Below are positions 22,516 through 32,000 of a stretch of DNA of 32,000 nt, in pieces; position 1 is the first letter of the stretch; each line of letters begins with the position of its first letter. This stretch comes from Candidatus Arthromitus sp. SFB-rat-Yit (GTDB lineage: Bacteria; Bacillota; Clostridia; Clostridiales; Clostridiaceae), in contig NC_016012.1 in the NCBI RefSeq assembly GCF_000283555.1, positions 30,001 to 62,000 on the forward strand, given 5' to 3'. Below the pieces are notes generated by a model. It was given only the letters and a program-made list of their open reading frames with translations. It did no database searches and was not told the DNA's origin. The translations under genes were made by a program, and so were the position numbers.

Positions 22516-23220
22516 TTATATTTGAATGATTAGGTTTTTTAAAATTAAATATGAGTTTTTAGATGCGTCGTTTAAAAATTTATAGAATTCATGTCCAGCA
22601 ATATTTCCACCATTATCTGATATTGATCTTATAATTATATAAGGGATATTGTTTAGATAACATGTTTGAGCTATTGCTCCACTTTCCATTTCACAAGCAA
22701 GTGCATTAAAATCATTTTTTAGTTTATTTGATATTTTATCATCAGATATAAATTGATCTCCTGTTATAATTCTGCCTACATGGAATTTAAAATCAATACC
22801 AGTATTTGAAATATTTTCACACACAGACTTTGATAAATTTATTAGAGAATTATCACATTTAAATGAATAAGTACCAATATTTGGTATTTCACCTAATCTA
22901 TATCCAAAATTACAAACATTAAAATCGTGTTGTATTAAATCGTTTGCTATAACAACATCTTTAAATTTAACATTTTCATCAATGCCTCCAGCAACACCGC
23001 TATTTATAATGTGTGTACACTTGAATTCAGAAATTAAAACTTGAGTACATATAGCTGAATTTACTTTACCAATTCCACAAACAACACCTACTATATCTTT
23101 TCCATAAAGTTTCCCTGAAATAAATTCTAAGTTTATTTTGTTAGTTATTGATGCATTGTTTATATCGTTTGATATGAGTTCAAACTCTTCTTTCATAGCA
23201 CATATTATTCCTATTTTCAT
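22516..23220 (-). CDS. mtnN: 5'-methylthioadenosine/S-adenosylhomocysteine nucleosidase
   Basis: MKIGIICAMKEEFELI; SGVAGGIDENVKFKDVVIAND; LACEMESGAIAQTCYLNNIPYIIIRSISD. The second ATG (23220) has better spacing to AGGAG than the track start at 23226. Confidence 0.93.
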   Translation of the reverse strand: MKIGIICAMKEEFELISNDINNASITNKINLEFISGKLYGKDIVGVVCGIGKVNSAICTQVLISEFKCTHIINSGVAGGIDENVKFKDVVIANDLIQHDFNVCNFGYRLGEIPNIGTYSFKCDNSLINLSKSVCENISNTGIDFKFHVGRIITGDQFISDDKISNKLKNDFNALACEMESGAIAQTCYLNNIPYIIIRSISDNGGNIAGHEFYKFLNDASKNSYLILKNLIIQI

Positions 23221-23341
23221 TATCATTCTCCTTTATTATTTTTAAATAAATTATAATAAAATATAGATGATATATACAAGAAAAATATATTTTGTGATAG
23301 AATATGTAAGTGGAATTTAAGTTTATAGGAGTGATTATTCT

Positions 23342-24106
23342 ATGATTCAACATGCTTTATCAAGAATGGAATTGATTATAGGTACTGAAGCATTAAAAAG
23401 TTTAAGGGGTAAAAAAGTTGTTGTATTAGGACTTGGCGGAGTTGGATCTTATAGTGTTGAAGCTTTAGCAAGAGCAGGCGTAGGCAATATTGTTATAGTT
23501 GATGACGATACAGTATGTTTAACTAATTTAAATAGACAACTTCATGCTGTTTATAAAACAATTGGTAAGTTTAAGACTATGGTTATGAAGGAAAGGGTTG
23601 AAAGTATAAGTAAAAAAATTAATGTTATTGAAATTATAAAAACAGTTACTAAAGATAATATAGCAGAAATTATAGATAGTGATGTTGATTATGTTATAGA
23701 TGCTTTGGATACAATAACGGCTAAAATCGCATTAGCAGAATATTGTGAAAAAAATAATATTAATTTAATTAGTTGTATGGGTACAGGAAATAAATTAGAT
23801 CCTACTCAGTTTAAAATTACTGATATATATCAAACTAAGAATTGTCCTTTGTGTAAGGTTATGAGATATGAACTTAGAAAAAGAGGAGTGAAAAAATTAA
23901 AAGTAGTGTTTTCGGAAGAGAAGCCTAAAAAACCTAAAATGAGTGAAGTGGCTAATTGTATTACGGGGTGTGTATGTAATTATGATAATGGTAGAAGCTG
24001 TACAAATAAAAGGCAAATACCTGGAAGTATTTCATTTGTACCACCAGTAGCAGGATTTATATTAGCAGGAGAGGTTATTAATACATTTTTAGACAAAAAA
24101 CAATAA
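23342..24106 (+). CDS. tcdA: tRNA threonylcarbamoyladenosine dehydratase-like E1/ThiF-fold enzyme
   Basis: RMELIIGTEALKSLRGKKVVVLGLGGVGSYSVEALARAGVGNIVIVDDDTVCLTNLNRQLHA; YVIDALDTITAKIALAEYCEKNNINLISCMGTGNKLDPT. Confidence 0.92.
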   Translation: MIQHALSRMELIIGTEALKSLRGKKVVVLGLGGVGSYSVEALARAGVGNIVIVDDDTVCLTNLNRQLHAVYKTIGKFKTMVMKERVESISKKINVIEIIKTVTKDNIAEIIDSDVDYVIDALDTITAKIALAEYCEKNNINLISCMGTGNKLDPTQFKITDIYQTKNCPLCKVMRYELRKRGVKKLKVVFSEEKPKKPKMSEVANCITGCVCNYDNGRSCTNKRQIPGSISFVPPVAGFILAGEVINTFLDKKQ

Positions 24107-24122
24107 AAAAATAAAAAAAGTA

Positions 24123-24152
24123 TTGACATAGGGGAGGTAAGTTTGGTACTAT
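24123..24152 (+). promoter_or_regulatory. rRNA operon 2 promoter (TTGACA-18-TACTAT)
   Basis: Same sequence as the operon 1 promoter. Confidence 0.7.
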
Positions 24153-24256
24153 GAGTTAGTTGGCTGGTAGAAGCCGAGAGATATTAGATAGATCATTGAC
24201 AATTGAATAGGGAAGAGGAAACGAGAAAGTCAACGTTAATTTTGAGAGAATGAGAG

Positions 24257-25782
<1,526 letters not shown>

Positions 25783-25959
25783 AATGAAAGAGAGAACTTT
25801 TTCCTATTCAATTGTGAGTGACCTAATAATATAGAGGTTACTTAATAAAAGAAATAAAGATCTTTGAAAATTGTATATAAATAGTAAATAATGCGAAAGG
25901 TAGCAAGTTAAATTATTAGCAATAGTAATTTAAGAGCTGGAAAAAATATATAACAAATA

Positions 25960-28851
<2,892 letters not shown>

Positions 28852-28909
28852 AAATACTTAGCAAGTTATTATTTATATACAATTTTGAGAGATTAAAATA
28901 TTTCTCAGT

Positions 28910-29025
28910 ATCTGGTGATTATAACGTGTAGGTAACACCCCTATCCATACCGAACAGGAAGGTTAAGCTACACTGTGCTGATGGTACTTTAGGGTTACCC
29001 CTATGGAAGAGTAAGTCATTGCCAG
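28910..29025 (+). rRNA. rrf: 5S ribosomal RNA (operon 2)
   Basis: Same as operon 1 5S, offset 8221. Confidence 0.92.
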
Positions 29026-29033
29026 TTTGTTTC

Positions 29034-29066
29034 AGAAGTAAGAGCATCGCTCTTACTTCTTTTTGT
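29034..29066 (+). terminator. Strong intrinsic terminator of rRNA operon 2
   Basis: agaagtaagagc-atc-gctcttacttcttttttgtttt-like: perfect 12-bp stem, 3-nt loop, T tract. Confidence 0.93.
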
Positions 29067-30405
29067 TTTGGAATATAAAATTTCTTACATCTTTGAATTT
29101 TGGAAATATTTTTTTGAAAAATGTATATATATACTTATCTAAAATCAATGTATATTCACCTATAAATTCTACAAAATCACCATTAAACATTTTTTTAAAT
29201 CTATATAATCCATATAGTGGATTATCTTCATTTAAATCTCCAGAAACACCTCTGAAATCGTATATAGAACAATTATTATCTATGCTATCTTTAATCATTT
29301 CGTATTGCATTAAGAAGTTTGGCATTGTATCTCTTAAAATATTGTGAGAGGCACCATATAAATACCAAGCTTTATTACCCCATGTTAAGTATATTGCTCC
29401 TGATAAGTATATTTCTTTGTTTTTGTATATGGAAATGGTGTTTAATTTGTTTTCAAGAGATGTTAATTGAAGTTCGTTATTTTTAATTTCTTTAGTCTTA
29501 CTTTCTATTTTGGATTTAAGTTTAATAATTTTTTTCTCATCATTTTCACATTTTAGTGATTCTTGCAAATTATATAATTTTGAATGTGAATTATTTAAAT
29601 TTAATTTACATTCATTTAATTTTTTATAGATATTTTTTTTATCAGCCTCATAAGAATATTTTACCAAATAAAGTTTACAGTAGGGATTTAAAGTTTTTAA
29701 CATATTAAAAAAGTAATCTTTTTTTCTAACTATAAAATTATCACGCTTGCCTGTTATATCCATAAGCTCTTGAAAAATTTCAAGTTTATTTTCTTTTAAT
29801 GTATCAAAAGTATAGCTTTCAACACTAAGTCCTCGTTCAATTCCAAGTTTTATGTTATATCTTGCTTTACTTGAAAATTTATTTAGGATATTTAGTTTAA
29901 TTTCTTCATTTGTTTTATTTTCAGAGTTTGTATCCAGGTTTAGTCTAAATACAAAATTTGGTTGAATATTTTCAAAGTTTTTTGAGCTATTTTCAATATA
30001 ACCAAGTTTTTTAAGATTTAATATTATATCTGCATTTTTTGTTACCTCATTAGTGTTTTCTTTAATGTGTATATCTGGATCTATTGTAATAAAAGCTATT
30101 TTATTTTTTTTAGCATATGAATTGAGATAAGAAGTAAATTCATCTAAAATTGAAAAGTTTGTATAATCACATATAAAACCACGAGGTATATATGCAATAT
30201 TTTTATTTAATATTGGTAATTTTCTTATAAGCATAATACATGATAAAACAATATTATTTTTATTATCTAATCCTATTATTGATTTACTTGTCCACTCTTT
30301 TTTAAAACTTCCCCAATATGTAGTTTGAAAAATATGCCCTTTAGGAGAATTAAATGAAAATTTATTTAATTCTTCAGAGCTACCTTCTTTAAAGCTATAA
30401 GTCAT
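29053..30405 (-). CDS. FemABX-family peptidyltransferase (lipid II aminoacyltransferase-like, peptidoglycan bridge formation)
   Basis: SPKGHIFQTTYWGSFK; IAYIPRGFICDYTN; FSSKARYNIKLGIERGL; internal coiled-coil; YLSGAIYLTWGNKAWYLYGAS; PNFLMQYEMIKDSIDNNCSIYDFRGVSGD. Confidence 0.92.
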   Translation of the reverse strand: MTYSFKEGSSEELNKFSFNSPKGHIFQTTYWGSFKKEWTSKSIIGLDNKNNIVLSCIMLIRKLPILNKNIAYIPRGFICDYTNFSILDEFTSYLNSYAKKNKIAFITIDPDIHIKENTNEVTKNADIILNLKKLGYIENSSKNFENIQPNFVFRLNLDTNSENKTNEEIKLNILNKFSSKARYNIKLGIERGLSVESYTFDTLKENKLEIFQELMDITGKRDNFIVRKKDYFFNMLKTLNPYCKLYLVKYSYEADKKNIYKKLNECKLNLNNSHSKLYNLQESLKCENDEKKIIKLKSKIESKTKEIKNNELQLTSLENKLNTISIYKNKEIYLSGAIYLTWGNKAWYLYGASHNILRDTMPNFLMQYEMIKDSIDNNCSIYDFRGVSGDLNEDNPLYGLYRFKKMFNGDFVEFIGEYTLILDKYIYTFFKKIFPKFKDVRNFIFQNKKK

Positions 30406-30521
30406 TTAAGAACTCCTTCCAACTATACTCAGTTAATAGTATATAGTAAAAAAAAAACATTTTCAATAAAAGGGAATTATAATATAATCTTTATGAATTA
30501 ATTTATATGAGAGGATTTTAT

Positions 30522-31352
30522 ATGGGTTTATATATAATAGGAACTCCAATAGGAAATATGAAAGATATTACTTATAGAGCTATAGAGATACTTAATGAAT
30601 GTGATGTTATATTATGTGAAGATACAAGGTGTTCTCTTAAACTTTTAAATTATTATGGTATAAAGAAAAAGTTAATATCTTATCATAAGTTTAATGAATT
30701 TAAAATTTTAGATAGGATTATATTAGATATTAAATGTGGTAATAAATATGGAATTATAAGTGATGCGGGTATGCCTTGCATAAGTGATCCAGGTCAAATT
30801 CTCGTTAATAAATGTATAGAAGAAGGAATACATGTAGATGTTATACCGGGAGCTTGTGCGGTTATAAATGGGAAAATATTAAGTGGATTTTATAATGAGA
30901 TGTTTACGTTTATAGGTTTTCTTCCAAAGGAATCTAAAAAGTTAAGAGATAAAATAAACTTAATTAAAAATATTAAAACAGTTCTTGTAATCTATGAATC
31001 GCCACATAGACTTATAAAGACTTTGAATATACTTGGAGATGAGTTTGGTAGGGAAACTTCTATATATATAGGAAGAGAATTGACAAAGATGTTTGAAGAG
31101 AATTTTAGAGGTACAATTGATGATTCAATAAAATATTTTTCAAATGACAAAATTAGGGGGGAATATGTAATTTGTATAGAAAATAATGAAAAGATTGAAG
31201 TCATAGAAGATATTCAAATAATAGAAGAGTTTATAAAAAATAGGAATCTAGGGATAACAAATAAAGATAATATAAATAAGATATGTAATGAATATGGTAT
31301 AAAGAAAAATTATGTATATAAATTGGTTACAAAAGAAATCAACCTCACATAA
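30522..31352 (+). CDS. rsmI: 16S rRNA (cytidine(1402)-2'-O)-methyltransferase
   Basis: MGLYIIGTPIGNMKDITYRAIEILNECDVILCEDTR; ISDAGMPCISDPG; FIGFLPK. The track start at 30507 overlaps the likely ribosome-binding site (agagga) of the ATG at 30522. Confidence 0.93.
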   Translation: MGLYIIGTPIGNMKDITYRAIEILNECDVILCEDTRCSLKLLNYYGIKKKLISYHKFNEFKILDRIILDIKCGNKYGIISDAGMPCISDPGQILVNKCIEEGIHVDVIPGACAVINGKILSGFYNEMFTFIGFLPKESKKLRDKINLIKNIKTVLVIYESPHRLIKTLNILGDEFGRETSIYIGRELTKMFEENFRGTIDDSIKYFSNDKIRGEYVICIENNEKIEVIEDIQIIEEFIKNRNLGITNKDNINKICNEYGIKKNYVYKLVTKEINLT

Positions 31353-31373
31353 ATTTTAAAGTGAGGTTGTGTA

Positions 31374-31616
31374 TCATACATTATTTATTTCTAATAAACA
31401 ATTATTACATATATTTTTGTCCTTAAACGTAGTTATGTCTTTAGAGTTACCACAAAATACACACGCTGGTTCATATTTTTTAAGAATTATGTGATTTCTA
31501 TCTACATATATTTCCAGTGAATCCTTCTCACCTATATCAAGTGTTCTTCTAAGTTCTATTGGAATAACAATACGTCCTAGTTCATCTACTTTTCTAACAA
31601 CACCAGTTGATTTCAT
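31374..31616 (-). CDS. abrB: AbrB/SpoVT-family transcriptional regulator with C-terminal Cys4 motif
   Basis: MKSTGVVRKVDELGRIVIPIELRRTLDIGEKDSLEIYVD; CVFCGNSKDITTFKDKNICNNC. Confidence 0.92.
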   Translation of the reverse strand: MKSTGVVRKVDELGRIVIPIELRRTLDIGEKDSLEIYVDRNHIILKKYEPACVFCGNSKDITTFKDKNICNNCLLEINNV

Positions 31617-31716
31617 GTAAATCCTCCCAAACTAAATAATTTTTACCTATCAACTATAAACATAAATATACATTTTTTTAAAATAATTGTCAACATTTTA
31701 CAATACAAAAAATGAC

Positions 31717-31751
31717 AAAAAAAGACTATATCTTAAAGATATAGTCTTTTT
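31717..31751. terminator. Terminator after the HesB-like gene, symmetric
   Basis: aaaaaagactatatctt-/-aagatatagtcttttt; near-continuous 16-bp stem overlapping the HesB-like stop codon. Confidence 0.85.
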
Positions 31752-32000
31752 AACATGATGAATGTTTAGATTTAACCTTAAAAGTTGTTCCTATAAAATT
31801 TTTGGAATGAGATATTGTAGATTCATCTAAAAATTCTTCAAATTCATTATCAACAACTATAGTTAAATCATTTACATTAACGATAATATCATTAGCATTT
31901 ATTTGTTCATCCAGAACAATTGAAAAAGAAGGGCCTCCTCAGCCAAAGCCAGCCATATTAATCCGTATATATTTTTTAGATTTTTTTGATAATTGTGCTT
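31750..32000 (-). CDS. HesB/IscA-like protein with in-frame TGA (candidate selenoprotein), 5' part outside the window
   Basis: Minus-strand reading AQLSKKSKKYIRINMAGFG-U-GGPSFSIVLDEQINANDIIVNVNDLTIVVDNEFEEFLDESTISHSKNFIGTTFKVKSKHSSC*, where U = TGA at 31939-31941. Family normally has Cys/Sec before GGPSF. Not in the ORF track. Confidence 0.78.

Noticed and set aside
29063-31204. ORFs 29063-29347 (+) and 30992-31204 (-)
   Set aside because: Antisense to the Fem-family gene and rsmI.
31939-31941. TGA as a Trp codon (alternative genetic code)
   Set aside because: Trp is encoded by TGG throughout (for example in the MBOAT gene) and TGA serves as a stop elsewhere; homologs have Cys/Sec at this position, not Trp.

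Overview
AT-rich clostridial chromosome segment. Gene content and rRNA suggest a segmented-filamentous-bacterium-like Clostridiaceae member, but that is an inference to be checked by 16S. From the left: (i) about 2.3 kb with visibly higher GC than the rest and decaying genes: an ogt remnant, an ada remnant and an open alkA, all on the minus strand, then an araC-family remnant and a C-terminal fragment of a type I restriction HsdR. (ii) A minus-strand block with paired half-size chromate transporters, a DHHW/SGNH-like protein plus MBOAT O-acyltransferase, two lipoproteins and proS. (iii) A P-loop protein, tRNA-Arg(CCT), a CNNM/CorC-type protein, tadA, tRNA-Ser(GGA), the large SRP RNA, dnaX, a YbaB/EbfC protein and recR. 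(iv) Two directly repeated rRNA operons (16S-23S-5S, no tRNA in the ITS), apparently identical over about 4.93 kb at a constant offset of 8221 bp. They flank a 3.3-kb segment with tRNA-Lys, a small ORF, a DUF1576-like membrane protein, mtnN and a tcdA-like E1 enzyme. (v) A Fem-family transferase, rsmI, abrB and a partial HesB/IscA-like gene. The most notable hidden signal is at the right edge. The HesB-like gene reads through an in-frame TGA (31939-31941, minus strand) in the motif GFG-[TGA]-GGPSF, with a suitably placed downstream hairpin, so it is a probable selenoprotein missed by the ORF track. No CRISPR array, transposase or obviously new multi-gene defence system is supported.
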